Source: Halomonas sp. (GTDB lineage: Bacteria > Pseudomonadota > Gammaproteobacteria > Pseudomonadales > Halomonadaceae). Taken from it: a stretch of DNA of 64,000 nucleotides. Every line of letters starts with the position of its first letter. Position 1 is the stretch's first letter. Below, one piece after another: positions 1-9,898 of this stretch. Under the pieces are notes generated by a model. That model was given only the letters and a program-made list of their open reading frames with translations, was not told the origin of the DNA and made no database searches. Location: positions 4,953 to 68,952 of the forward strand of contig JAIVHM010000005.1 in the NCBI GenBank assembly GCA_020201095.1, in the 5' to 3' direction. The translations under genes and the position numbers were made by a program.

Positions 1-398
1 TCAAGTCCTTCATCGCGCCAAGCGTGTATGCCGCCGTTCAGATAGGAATAGCGGGTGTGGCCAATAAGCTCCAGTGTCCACAGTAGCCGAGCTGCCCAGC
101 CGCCGCCTTCGTCGTCGTAGGCGACGACATGGGTATCGCGGGTCAGGCCGAGCGCGCTGAACAGCCGCGAAAGCGCCTCAACGCTGGGCACATCGTTAGG
201 GACAGGTCTTTCACCAAGCATCAAATAGCGGAAGTCGAGGAAAATGGCGCCGGGCACATGGCCCTGACGATAGCTGTCGGGGCTTACCGGCACATCGATG
301 ATAAGTAGTTGAGGGTCGTCCAGGCAGGCCTGAAGCTGTTCGGGCTCAACAATCAGCGGCAGCACGTTGGTTTCAGACGAATGACTCTCGGTGCTCAT
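1..398 (-). CDS. Rhodanese-like sulfurtransferase (3' part runs off window start)
   Basis: Manual minus-strand translation MSTESHSSETNVLPLIVEPEQL...YRQGHVPGAIFLD...VVAYDDEGGGWAARLLWTLELIGH...YLNGGIHAW shows rhodanese/SseA N-terminal motifs. Its ATG overlaps the rsgA stop (ATGA). Confidence 0.85.
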   Translation of the reverse strand, partial: MSTESHSSETNVLPLIVEPEQLQACLDDPQLLIIDVPVSPDSYRQGHVPGAIFLDFRYLMLGERPVPNDVPSVEALSRLFSALGLTRDTHVVAYDDEGGGWAARLLWTLELIGHTRYSYLNGGIHAWRDEGL

Positions 399-1435
399 GG
401 GCGACTCCTTATCGGTTCAGCGTTCAGGCTATCAACAATACGCCTGTAGCTGGCAAATCGTTCGGGATGGATATTGCCTGCCTCGACCGCTTCAAGTAAA
501 GCACAACCCGGCTCAGCTCGGTGGCGGCAGTCGCGAAAACGGCAGTGGCCTATAAACGGCCGGAACTCGATGAAGCCGTCGCTGACCGCCTGTTCATCAA
601 GATGAATCAGGCCAAACTCACGAATCCCTGGCGAGTCGATCAATTCACCGTCGGTGACTTCATCAGTACGCATGGCATATAGCCGAGCCGTTGTCGTGGT
701 GTGCGTGCCTTTGCGTGAATCTTCAGACAGCGCCCCAATGCGCAGGGTTTCATCGGGCAGGAGTAAATCAATCAGCGACGATTTACCCACCCCGCTCTGG
801 CCGACAAATACCGAGGTGCGCCCCTCAAGTTGATCGCGTAGCTCGTCTAGCCCGTTTTCTGTTGCGGTCGTCGTGCGTACCACGGTGTAGCCCAAGTGGC
901 GATAGCGCTCCAATAGCTGACCCAACTCGCCACCATCGTCTGGTAATAAGTCAGTTTTATTGAGCACCAGCACCGGTGCAATACCGGTGGCTTCGGCAGC
1001 GACGAGATAACGGTCGATCAAATTAGGATGAGGCGCCGGTTCGACGGCAAAAACGATGAGTATCTGGTCAATATTGGCCGCCACCGGTTTGAGCAAGCCG
1101 CGCGCGTCTGGGCGCTTGAGCACGCTCGCACGCTCGTCTCGGGCGACCACCACACCGGAACCTTCCTGACCTGCCCGCCAGATGACGCGGTCGCCGGTCA
1201 CTAAACCGTCCAGATTGGCCCGCAAGTGGCAGCGCACCGGCACACCATCGGCATTGCGCACTTCTAGCGTGCGCCCAAAATGTGCCATCACGCGACCTGG
1301 CTGTTCGGCCCCGTATTCGCCAGCGGCAAGCTTCTCAGCGTCTTGTGTGTCGCGCTTTTCAGCGCGCTGGGCACGTTCTGACTGAACCTTCTCGACCCGC
1401 CAACGCTGTTGACGGCTTAATTTACGTTTGCTCAT
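395..1435 (-). CDS. rsgA: Small ribosomal subunit biogenesis GTPase RsgA
   Basis: MSKRKLSRQQ N-terminus; circularly permuted GTPase motifs NKTD, GQSGVGKSS, HTTT, DSPGIREF; C-terminal Zn site CRFRDCRH..EPGC. Confidence 0.97.
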   Translation of the reverse strand: MSKRKLSRQQRWRVEKVQSERAQRAEKRDTQDAEKLAAGEYGAEQPGRVMAHFGRTLEVRNADGVPVRCHLRANLDGLVTGDRVIWRAGQEGSGVVVARDERASVLKRPDARGLLKPVAANIDQILIVFAVEPAPHPNLIDRYLVAAEATGIAPVLVLNKTDLLPDDGGELGQLLERYRHLGYTVVRTTTATENGLDELRDQLEGRTSVFVGQSGVGKSSLIDLLLPDETLRIGALSEDSRKGTHTTTTARLYAMRTDEVTDGELIDSPGIREFGLIHLDEQAVSDGFIEFRPFIGHCRFRDCRHRAEPGCALLEAVEAGNIHPERFASYRRIVDSLNAEPIRSRP

Positions 1436-1522
1436 GACCACCCGTTGCTCGGTACAATGGCTTTATTGTACCTGTTAACTGGCGCAGGGTAACTTGAATG
1501 ACCCACCATTTTGGAGAGCACG

Positions 1523-2104
1523 ATGAGCGAACATGTTGCACCGCGTGATGACCGGCTGGTCTGGATTGATCTGGAGATGACTGGGCTTGATCCCGACAAG
1601 GAGCGCATTATTGAAGTGGCCACTCTGGTGACCGATGCGCACTTGAACGTGGTGGCGGAAGGGCCGGTGATCGCGGTCAAGCAACCCGATAGCCTGCTGG
1701 CAAAGATGGATGATTGGAATCAAAAGACCCACGGCGAGTCAGGGTTGGTCGCTCGAGTGAAAGCCAGCACGGTGGAAACGGCTGTCGCCGAGCAGCAGAC
1801 GCTCGACTTTCTGCGCGAGTACGTGACGCCAGGCTCTTCTCCCATGTGCGGCAATAGTATCCACCAGGACCGGCGTTTTCTGGAGCGTGAAATGCCCGCG
1901 CTGTGGGCGTTCTTTCACTACCGCAACCTGGATGTATCCACCGTTAAAGAACTGGCCAAACGCTGGAACCCAGGTGCACTGGCCGGGTTCAAGAAGCAAA
2001 ACGTCCACCTGGCAATGGATGATATTAAAGAGTCGATTGCCGAGCTTTCTCATTATCGCAGCACGTTTTTGCGCCTCGAGACGCAGAGCGATGAAGAGGA
2101 ATAA
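1523..2104 (+). CDS. orn: Oligoribonuclease
   Basis: [32 protein letters not shown] motifs (DEDDh exonuclease); GGAG RBS upstream. Confidence 0.97.
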   Translation: MSEHVAPRDDRLVWIDLEMTGLDPDKERIIEVATLVTDAHLNVVAEGPVIAVKQPDSLLAKMDDWNQKTHGESGLVARVKASTVETAVAEQQTLDFLREYVTPGSSPMCGNSIHQDRRFLEREMPALWAFFHYRNLDVSTVKELAKRWNPGALAGFKKQNVHLAMDDIKESIAELSHYRSTFLRLETQSDEEE

Positions 2105-2118
2105 TTCCTCAACAAAGA

Positions 2119-3210
2119 CTAAGACGCAGCGGTGGCAATGCGCGTTTCGCGCTTGAGGCGCTGCTCCTCAAGCGCCCAGGCCACGTGTTCACGCACTAGC
2201 TCGCTCGGATAAGCTCTGCGTGCCCAGAGTGCGTCCTCAACGGCTTCGCTCCAGGGGGCATTTCCCAGACCCACGGCGATATTTCGCAGCCAGCGCTCGT
2301 AGCCAATGCGTCGAATGGGGCTGCCAGCCGTCTTGGTGAGAAATTCCTCTTCTCCCCAGGTGAACAGGCGAACAAGCGACGCGCGGTCAAGGTCATGGCG
2401 CGGCGCGAAGTCTTCCTCCTGGGTGGCGCGGGTAAAGCGGGTGAAGGGACATACCAGTTGGCAGTCGTCACAGCCATAAATGCGGTTGCCCATGGCGCGG
2501 CGATATTCCACTGGAATAGCGCCATGCAGCTCAATGGTGAGGTACGAAATGCACTTGCGTGAATCAATGACCTTATCATCGACGATAGCCCCGGTAGGGC
2601 AGGCGGTTCGACAGGCGCTGCAACTGCCGCAGTGCTCTTCTTCAAAGGGGGTATCAACGGGCAGTGGCAAGTCAGTGTAAAGCTCGCCTAGAAAAAACAG
2701 TGAGCCTGCTTTGGGGTTGAGCAGCATGGCGTTTTTGCCGAACCAGCCAAGGCCTGCTTTCTGAGCGAGGGCGCGTTCCATAACCGGGGCGGAATCGACA
2801 AAGGCGCGGTAGCCAAACGCACCGACTTCTTGCTCGATCTGTTTCGCCAGCTGTGCCAGGCGCTTGCGCATCAGTTTGTGATAGTCCCGGCCAAGGGCAT
2901 AGCGCGACACATAGGCGCGCCGGGGTTGGCCGAGCACCTTGGTGCTTTCTACCTCGGCAGGCAGGTAATCCATACGCACGCTGATCACCCGCCGTGTGCC
3001 GGGTTCCAGCTCGGCCGGACGGGTGCGCTTGGTACCGTGTTTGGCCATAAAACCCATTTCACCGTGGTATCCTTTGTCCAGCCAGGCGTTAAGGTGCGTT
3101 TCGTGGGTGTCCAGCTGGGTGTCGGTAATGCCCACCTGCTGAAAGCCAAGCTCGCGCCCCCAGGTTTTAATGAGATCGGCAAGGCCTGCAAGGGTGTCGT
3201 CTGAAAGCAT
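2119..3210 (-). CDS. queG: Epoxyqueuosine reductase
   Basis: YALGRDYH, FVDSAPVMER, 4Fe-4S motifs CGSCSACRTACPT and GCDDCQLVCP; start chosen at ATG 3210. Confidence 0.95.
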   Translation of the reverse strand: MLSDDTLAGLADLIKTWGRELGFQQVGITDTQLDTHETHLNAWLDKGYHGEMGFMAKHGTKRTRPAELEPGTRRVISVRMDYLPAEVESTKVLGQPRRAYVSRYALGRDYHKLMRKRLAQLAKQIEQEVGAFGYRAFVDSAPVMERALAQKAGLGWFGKNAMLLNPKAGSLFFLGELYTDLPLPVDTPFEEEHCGSCSACRTACPTGAIVDDKVIDSRKCISYLTIELHGAIPVEYRRAMGNRIYGCDDCQLVCPFTRFTRATQEEDFAPRHDLDRASLVRLFTWGEEEFLTKTAGSPIRRIGYERWLRNIAVGLGNAPWSEAVEDALWARRAYPSELVREHVAWALEEQRLKRETRIATAAS

Positions 3211-3335
3211 GGAGCGCGCCGCTTCGTCGCAAAAAAGAAAAGCCAAAGGAATTGAGTGTTGATACCCAACGGTTAGACGTCAGCCGAGCTATGCTAACGC
3301 ATTGCCGGGCATCACAACATGCGAAAGGAGAGATC

Positions 3336-4829
3336 GTGTCTCGCTTAACAACGTCTACGTTACGCCCTCTTTATAAAGCGGCTCAAGTGCGCGAACTTGA
3401 CCGACGTACGATTGCTGGAGGGATTGATGGTTTTGCCTTGATGCAACGTGCAGCGTCGAGTGCGTGGCACAGTTTTCGCTCTCGTTGGCCTCAGGCGCGC
3501 AGCATCACAGTGCTCTGTGGCAGTGGCAACAACGGCGGGGACGGCCATGTGCTGGCAGCCCTGGCGATGCAGTCTGGGCTTAAAGTCCAACGTATTTCGC
3601 TCAAGCCGCTGGATGAATTGAAGGGCGATGCCTTTCGTGCCGCGCAACTCGCCAATCAAGCAGGGGTGAGCTGTGAGGAATGGCACTCAGCAACGGTGTT
3701 GTCTGGCGAAGTGATTGTCGATGCGCTGCTGGGAACCGGCTTGAACGGCGAGGTGTCAGGTCGTTACAAGCGGGCTATCGAACTTATCAATGCAGCGTCT
3801 CAGCCTGTTTTGTCGATTGATGTCCCGTCTGGGTTAGCGGCGGATACCGGTGCAGTGCTGGGTGTAGCGGTGGTAGCGGCCTGTACGGTGACATTTATTG
3901 GCGACAAGATTGGTCTGCATACCGGTGAAGCCCCCGCGTACACGGGGGAAATCGACTTCCGTCCGCTGAGCGTCAAGGCTCAGGCGTTTTTTGATATTCC
4001 CCCCACTGCCTGGCGCCTTGATGACGCCATGCTCAGTGAGGCGTTCACCCCGCGCTCGCGGACCAGCCATAAAGGCCGTATGGGGCACGTTTTGGTGATG
4101 GGTGGGGCGCCGGGCTTCGGCGGGGCGGCGTTGTTGGCATCCCAGGCTGCAGCGCGCCTGGGAGCGGGCAAAGTCAGCCTGGCAACCGCCGCTGAGCATA
4201 TTACCGCCAGTTTAGTGCGCTGCCCGGAAGTCATGGCCCATGCGGTACGCGGTGGCGCCGAGGCCGGTGAGCTACCTCAGCAGGCGGATGTCGTGGTGGT
4301 TGGGCCAGGGCTTGGCCAGGCTGCGTGGGGGCAGGCCATTTTGCAAAGTGCTCTGCAGGCAACCGTGCCGCTGGTGGTGGATGCCGATGGATTAACCTTG
4401 CTGGCGCGCCACTGGCCTGATTTACGCCGCGATGACTGGGTGCTCACACCGCATCCTGGCGAGGCAGCCCGTTTGCTGGGCTGTTCGGTGGAGGATGTTC
4501 AGACAGACCGACCTGCAGCGGCTCAGGCGCTGCAGCGTGCGCGGGGTGGCGTGGTGATACTGAAAGGCGCGGGTAGCCTGGTGGCAGGCCCTGGCGGCTT
4601 GATGGTATGTCCCTACGGCAACCCTGGCATGGCCAGCGGTGGTATGGGTGATGCACTCAGTGGGATGCTGGGCGCGCTGATTTCCCAGCGCGGCGATATC
4701 GAAATCAGTGCTTGGCTAGGAACCTTGGTGCATGCGTTGGCGGCGGATCGGGCGGCGGCTGCGTTTGGTGAGCGTGGCTTGCTGGCGAGCGATCTGGCAT
4801 CCTATGCGCGAGAATTAATTAACCCGTGA
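3336..4829 (+). CDS. nnr: Bifunctional NAD(P)H-hydrate epimerase/dehydratase
   Basis: GSGNNGGDG, DALLGTG, SHKG, TPHPGEAARLL, GGMGDAL motifs; GTG start after AAGGAG. Confidence 0.95.
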   Translation: MSRLTTSTLRPLYKAAQVRELDRRTIAGGIDGFALMQRAASSAWHSFRSRWPQARSITVLCGSGNNGGDGHVLAALAMQSGLKVQRISLKPLDELKGDAFRAAQLANQAGVSCEEWHSATVLSGEVIVDALLGTGLNGEVSGRYKRAIELINAASQPVLSIDVPSGLAADTGAVLGVAVVAACTVTFIGDKIGLHTGEAPAYTGEIDFRPLSVKAQAFFDIPPTAWRLDDAMLSEAFTPRSRTSHKGRMGHVLVMGGAPGFGGAALLASQAAARLGAGKVSLATAAEHITASLVRCPEVMAHAVRGGAEAGELPQQADVVVVGPGLGQAAWGQAILQSALQATVPLVVDADGLTLLARHWPDLRRDDWVLTPHPGEAARLLGCSVEDVQTDRPAAAQALQRARGGVVILKGAGSLVAGPGGLMVCPYGNPGMASGGMGDALSGMLGALISQRGDIEISAWLGTLVHALAADRAAAAFGERGLLASDLASYARELINP

Positions 4830-4840
4830 AGGCAGCCTAC

Positions 4841-5338
4841 ATGCAGGTGCAACTGGATAATGAACAAGCTCAGGTGGCCTTTGGTGAAACCCTGGGTAAC
4901 GTATTGCAAGGACGCGGGCGTATTTATCTGGAAGGCGACTTGGGAGCAGGAAAAACAACGCTGACGCGCGGCGTACTGCGCGCTTATGGCTATCTAGGGG
5001 CAGTAAAGAGCCCCACCTACACGTTAGTGGAACCCTATGAACTGGCGGGCCAGCGGCTTTATCACCTGGATCTATACCGCTTATCCGACCCTGAGGAGCT
5101 AGAATTTATCGGCGGACGTGACATATTGGCAGATGATGCGTTGTGCCTGGTCGAATGGCCAAGTCGTGGCGAAGGCTGGCTGCCAACCCCGGATATTCGG
5201 CTGCAGTTGTCGGTGGAAGAGCCCGGACGCAGAGCCCAGCTAAGTGCCGGTAGCGACTTCGGTGAAAGGGTACTGTCCACCTTAGGTGACCGCTTGGCGG
5301 GCTATCCGCAGCCGGGCGGTGTATTCCAATGGTCGTGA
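4841..5338 (+). CDS. tsaE: tRNA t6A37 biosynthesis ATPase TsaE
   Basis: LEGDLGAGKTT, VKSPTYTLVEPY, HLDLYRL, VEWP. Confidence 0.96.
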   Translation: MQVQLDNEQAQVAFGETLGNVLQGRGRIYLEGDLGAGKTTLTRGVLRAYGYLGAVKSPTYTLVEPYELAGQRLYHLDLYRLSDPEELEFIGGRDILADDALCLVEWPSRGEGWLPTPDIRLQLSVEEPGRRAQLSAGSDFGERVLSTLGDRLAGYPQPGGVFQWS

Positions 5339-6837
5339 GTGCGATAGGTGTCAGTGTCAAGGTGATAAAAGCATTGTTGACGCGCCAGGTAGCGCTGAGT
5401 GCCGTGGCGATCATGTCGGCAGGGCTGTGGACGTCGCTGCAGGCGGCCACGGTAGAAGGTATGCGGCTTTGGGCCGCACCTGACCATGCCCGACTGGTTT
5501 TCGATCTGTCGGGCGAGACATCGGCTAACGTATTTTCCTTGGATGATCCTGATCGGCTGGTTATTGATCTGGAAGACAGCAAGCTTGACGCTGACCCCGA
5601 TAGCCTGTCGCTTGATGACAGTGCCATCAGCGCGCTGCGTGTCGGTACTCGTGAAGGCAGCGGGTTGCGCGTGGTGCTCGAGCTTAACCGTGAAGTAGAG
5701 CCCCGCCACTTTACGCTGGCGCCCAATGACCAGTATGGACATCGGCTTGTTGTCGATCTGGAATATCCTGGCGAAAGTGCTGTAGAAAACCCCATCGATC
5801 CTATTGAGGCGATGATTCGCGAGCAGGAAATCCAGGCGCAACGCGCCAGTGCCCAGGCAAAAGTTGGCGATAGTGAGGAAGCGGCTTCACCAGATGAGTC
5901 ACCTAACGAGCCGTCGACATCCGAAGAAGCCAAGCCGCATCCTAAGCGCGATATCATTATTGCCGTGGATGCAGGCCATGGCGGCGAAGACCCAGGGGCG
6001 ATCGGTCCCGCAGGTACACGTGAAAAAGATGTTGTGCTCGATATTAGCCAACGTCTGGCAGATACCATCAATGCGGGCGAAGGTTTCAAAGCGGTGTTGG
6101 TTCGCGATGGCGACTATTATCTTGGATTGCGCGAACGAACCAAGGTTGCCCGCGAACAAAAAGCCGATTTTTTCGTCTCCATTCATGCTGATGCCTTTAA
6201 CAGCCCGCGCCCACAGGGAAGCTCGGTCTATGCACTTTCTCAGCGCGGGGCAACCTCAGAAACGGCACAGTGGTTGGCCGATAGCGAAAATCGCTCTGAC
6301 CTGATCGGTGGTGTGGATGGCAATTTATCTCTGCGCGATAAAGACCAGGTATTGCGCGGCGTATTGCTGGATTTGACCATGACGGCGACGCTCAATGATT
6401 CGCTTTCGATCGGCGGACAGGTGCTTGATCAACTGGGGCGGGTTAATCGGCTGCATAAGTCTCAGGTGGAGCAGGCGGGCTTTATGGTGCTCAAATCGCC
6501 TGATATTCCGTCACTTTTGATTGAGACGGGCTTTATATCCAACCCTGATGAAGAACGACGTTTACGCGACCCTGTGCACCAGCAGGGGGTTGCCGAGGCT
6601 ATTTTCGGCGGGCTGCAGAGCCACTTTGAGCGCTATCCTCCACCGGCAAGCCTGTTGGCCTGGCAGCGGGATAACCAGCGCCGCCCAAGTGGCGACGAGT
6701 ACCGTATTCAGTCCGGCGATACGCTCTCAGCAATTGCGGTGCGCCATGGCGTGCCGGTGAACCAGCTAAAGCAGGCCAATGACCTCAGCGAGGATGTCAT
6801 CCGGGTGGGTCAAGTGTTGCGTATTCCCAGTTCATGA
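5329..6837 (+). CDS. amiB: N-acetylmuramoyl-L-alanine amidase (AMIN + Amidase_3 + LysM)
   Basis: Signal peptide, DAGHGGEDPGA, SIHADA, LIETGFISN, C-terminal LysM (YRIQSGDTLSAIA); lies between tsaE and mutL; exact start uncertain. Confidence 0.92.
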   Translation: MVVSAIGVSVKVIKALLTRQVALSAVAIMSAGLWTSLQAATVEGMRLWAAPDHARLVFDLSGETSANVFSLDDPDRLVIDLEDSKLDADPDSLSLDDSAISALRVGTREGSGLRVVLELNREVEPRHFTLAPNDQYGHRLVVDLEYPGESAVENPIDPIEAMIREQEIQAQRASAQAKVGDSEEAASPDESPNEPSTSEEAKPHPKRDIIIAVDAGHGGEDPGAIGPAGTREKDVVLDISQRLADTINAGEGFKAVLVRDGDYYLGLRERTKVAREQKADFFVSIHADAFNSPRPQGSSVYALSQRGATSETAQWLADSENRSDLIGGVDGNLSLRDKDQVLRGVLLDLTMTATLNDSLSIGGQVLDQLGRVNRLHKSQVEQAGFMVLKSPDIPSLLIETGFISNPDEERRLRDPVHQQGVAEAIFGGLQSHFERYPPPASLLAWQRDNQRRPSGDEYRIQSGDTLSAIAVRHGVPVNQLKQANDLSEDVIRVGQVLRIPSS

Positions 6838-6846
6838 GGTGCTGTA

Positions 6847-8763
6847 TTGACTGAAACGACGTCCGCCATGCCACGCATACATGTACTGGACCCTCGGCTG
6901 GCGAACCAGATTGCCGCCGGAGAAGTGGTCGAGCGCCCGGCTTCCGTGACTAAGGAACTCATCGAAAATGCCATCGACGCTGGCAGTCAACGCATTGAGG
7001 TCGACATTGAAGCAGGCGGCGCACGGCTGATCAAAATTCGCGATGACGGTGTCGGCATTGGCGAGCAGGATCTGCCGCTGGCACTTGCCCGCCATGCCAC
7101 CAGTAAAATCGACAGTCTGGAAGACCTCGAAGGCGTCAGCTCGCTAGGCTTTCGCGGTGAAGCGCTGGCGTCGATAAGCTCGGTATCGCGCCTGGAATTA
7201 GTGTCCAATGCTCTTGACGACCCGCGCCAGGGGTGGCGCGTGGTGGCAGAGGGGCGTGGCATGGAGACCCGCGTTACGCCGGCGCCTCATCCGCGTGGCA
7301 CCAGTGTGTCGGTTCGCGACCTGTTTTTTAATACCCCCGCTCGGCGCAAGTTTCTGCGTACTGAAAAAACCGAATTTGCCCACGTTGAAGAAGCCTTTCG
7401 TCGCCAGGCTTTATCCCGTTACGACATCGCCTGGACCCTGCGGCATAACCAGAAAGTGGTTCATCAGCTGCCACCAGGGAATTCAGAAGCGGCCCGTGAG
7501 CGACGTATTGCCTCGTTACTTGGCAATAACTTTATCGAGCACGCGCGTTACATCGAGCGCGAAGCCGGTGCGCTTCGTCTGAGCGGTTGGGTGGGATTGC
7601 CTACTCACTCCCGCGCCCAGGCGGATCAACAATACTTTTTTGTCAACGGCCGTGTGGTGCGCGACCGTTTGGTGGCCCATGCCGTTCGCCAGGCGTACCG
7701 CGATGTTCTCTATAACGGTCGTCACCCGGTTTTTGTCCTTTACTTGACGCTTGATCCCGATGTGGTGGATGTCAACGTTCATCCCACCAAGCATGAAGTG
7801 CGTTTCCGCGATGGCCGCATGGTGCACGACTTTCTGTATTCAAGCCTGCATCACAGTCTGGCAGACGCGCGGCCCAACGCCGAAGACGTAAGTGGCGATT
7901 CGTCCTCGCTGACCTCGGCGCAAGAGGAGGCACCGGCCGATCCTGCACGCTGGCAACAGCAGGGCATGGCGCTTTCGCCCTCAGCCTCCCCTTCAAATGA
8001 CCGGCACCCGGGTGGCGAACGGGTACGCCGCTTCATGCAGGGCTATCAGGCGTTGCACCCCGATCATGAAGAGACATTGCTGACACCCCAGCCGACTGGG
8101 CATGAAGGCGAATCCATCAAGGCGCAAGGTAACGTTCGTGAAGCGCCATTGGCAATGCCGCACAGTGACCCGACCAGCGCCCCACCACTGGGGTATGCTC
8201 TGGGCCAGCTTCACGGGGTATATATCCTGGCCCAGAACGCTCACGGCCTGGTGTTGGTGGATATGCACGCCGCTCACGAGAGAATCGTCTACGAGCGGAT
8301 GAAAAACCAGTTGGCGGCGTCTCGGGTCGACACACAACCGCTGCTGGTACCCGTGTCTTTGGCCGCCAGCCGCAGCGAAGTAGCCACGGTGGAAAGTGAG
8401 CGTGAAGCGATTGCGACACTTGGGGTGGAACTTGATGTGGCGGGCCCTGAAACCCTGCTGGTCCGCCAGCTCCCGGCCCTGTTGTCCCAGGCCGATCCCG
8501 AGGCGCTGGTGCGAGAGATGCTTGAAGAACTGGCCCGCTTTGGGCGAACCCATCAGGTGGAAGCGCGCATTCACGAACTGTTATCGAGCATGGCATGCCA
8601 TGGGAGCGTTCGCGCCAACCGGCGGCTGACGCTGGATGAAATGAATGCGCTGCTGCGCGATATGGAACGCACCGAGCGTAGCGACCAGTGCAATCATGGT
8701 CGCCCGACTTGGACGCAAATGGATATGAAAGCCCTGGATAGGCTATTCATGCGTGGTCAGTAA
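6847..8763 (+). CDS. mutL: DNA mismatch repair protein MutL
   Basis: [31 protein letters not shown] endonuclease motif, ACH, CNHGRPT. Confidence 0.97.
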   Translation: MTETTSAMPRIHVLDPRLANQIAAGEVVERPASVTKELIENAIDAGSQRIEVDIEAGGARLIKIRDDGVGIGEQDLPLALARHATSKIDSLEDLEGVSSLGFRGEALASISSVSRLELVSNALDDPRQGWRVVAEGRGMETRVTPAPHPRGTSVSVRDLFFNTPARRKFLRTEKTEFAHVEEAFRRQALSRYDIAWTLRHNQKVVHQLPPGNSEAARERRIASLLGNNFIEHARYIEREAGALRLSGWVGLPTHSRAQADQQYFFVNGRVVRDRLVAHAVRQAYRDVLYNGRHPVFVLYLTLDPDVVDVNVHPTKHEVRFRDGRMVHDFLYSSLHHSLADARPNAEDVSGDSSSLTSAQEEAPADPARWQQQGMALSPSASPSNDRHPGGERVRRFMQGYQALHPDHEETLLTPQPTGHEGESIKAQGNVREAPLAMPHSDPTSAPPLGYALGQLHGVYILAQNAHGLVLVDMHAAHERIVYERMKNQLAASRVDTQPLLVPVSLAASRSEVATVESEREAIATLGVELDVAGPETLLVRQLPALLSQADPEALVREMLEELARFGRTHQVEARIHELLSSMACHGSVRANRRLTLDEMNALLRDMERTERSDQCNHGRPTWTQMDMKALDRLFMRGQ

Positions 8764-8808
8764 CGGTGATGTTGGGAATTGGTATGTTTAGCGGAGTTCT
8801 ACCAGCGT

Positions 8809-9579
8809 ATGGCTGATAAACGCCCCTGGGCGATTTTTTTAATGGGGCCGACTGCCGCGGGGAAAACTGAAACGGCCATGGCGCTGCATGAGCGGCTGGG
8901 TCACCAGTTGATCAGTGTCGATTCGGCGATGGTGTATCGTGGTTTGGATATTGGCAGTGCCAAGCCCAGTGCTGATGAGCTTGCCCGTGCGCCGCATCGG
9001 TTAATCGATATCCGCGACCCCAGCGAGCCATATTCGGCGGCTGATTTTCGCTTTGACGCGCTTGATGAGATGCGACAAATCAGCGCGGCGGGCCAAGTGC
9101 CGTTGCTGGTAGGCGGTACGATGCTTTATTACAAACACTTGACCGAAGGTGTCGCCAACCTGCCGTCGGCCGATGTTTCCATTCGCCAAAGTCTGGAGGC
9201 TCGCTGGCAGACAGAAGGGCTCGCAGCGTTGCATCAAACATTGGCGAAGGTTGATCCGCTTGCCGCGCAGCGTATTCACCCTAACGATCCGCAGCGCCTC
9301 ATGCGCGCCCTAGAAGTGTATTACGCCAGCGGTCGTCCGATGAGCGCATTGTGGGCTGAACAGCAGCCCGAAACCTTTCCGTGGCGGGTGCTGTCGATAG
9401 CTTTGGTACCTTCTGATCGAAAGATATTGCACCAGCGTATCGCCAGGCGATTTGAAATGATGTTGGCTGAGGGCTTGATAGATGAGGTCGCCGCAAGTCA
9501 TGCTGTTAGGTGGCCGAGCGAGCAGGCCTTTCGGCCAATAAGATGTCGGCGTAGCACCAGTTGGGCACGCCATCCATAA
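8809..9579 (+). pseudogene. miaA: tRNA dimethylallyltransferase MiaA, C-terminus missing after ~9495
   Basis: [41 protein letters not shown] present. Homology stops at EGLIDEVAA; the conserved VGYRQ and TRQLAKRQ motifs are absent and the frame reads into intergenic DNA. Confidence 0.85.
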
Positions 9580-9612
9580 TTAACCCCCAACGACAGTTTT
9601 AGGGAGAGCAAC

Positions 9613-9861
9613 ATGTCCAAAGGGCAGTCCCTTCAAGACCCGTACCTGAATATTTTGCGCAAGGAGCGCATTCCGGTCTCTATTTTCTTGGTCAACGGCA
9701 TTAAGCTGCAGGGCCAGATTGAATCGTTTGACCAGTTTGTCATCTTGCTACGTAATACCGTCAGCCAGATGGTTTATAAACATGCGATTTCAACCGTTGT
9801 ACCATCGCGAAATGTGCGGTTGCCTGCACAAGATCCGGCCGCTCCGGACGAAGATGAGTAA
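9613..9861 (+). CDS. hfq: RNA chaperone Hfq
   Basis: [13 protein letters not shown]...[13 protein letters not shown]. Confidence 0.99.
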   Translation: MSKGQSLQDPYLNILRKERIPVSIFLVNGIKLQGQIESFDQFVILLRNTVSQMVYKHAISTVVPSRNVRLPAQDPAAPDEDE

Positions 9862-9898
9862 CACGGTGGGATCAGCAAAACAGTCCATGAGGTATTGA

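Noticed and set aside
5106-6089. 327-aa antisense ORF opposite tsaE/amiB
   Set aside because: Ser/Ala-rich shadow frame of a well-supported gene; no recognisable motif or RBS.
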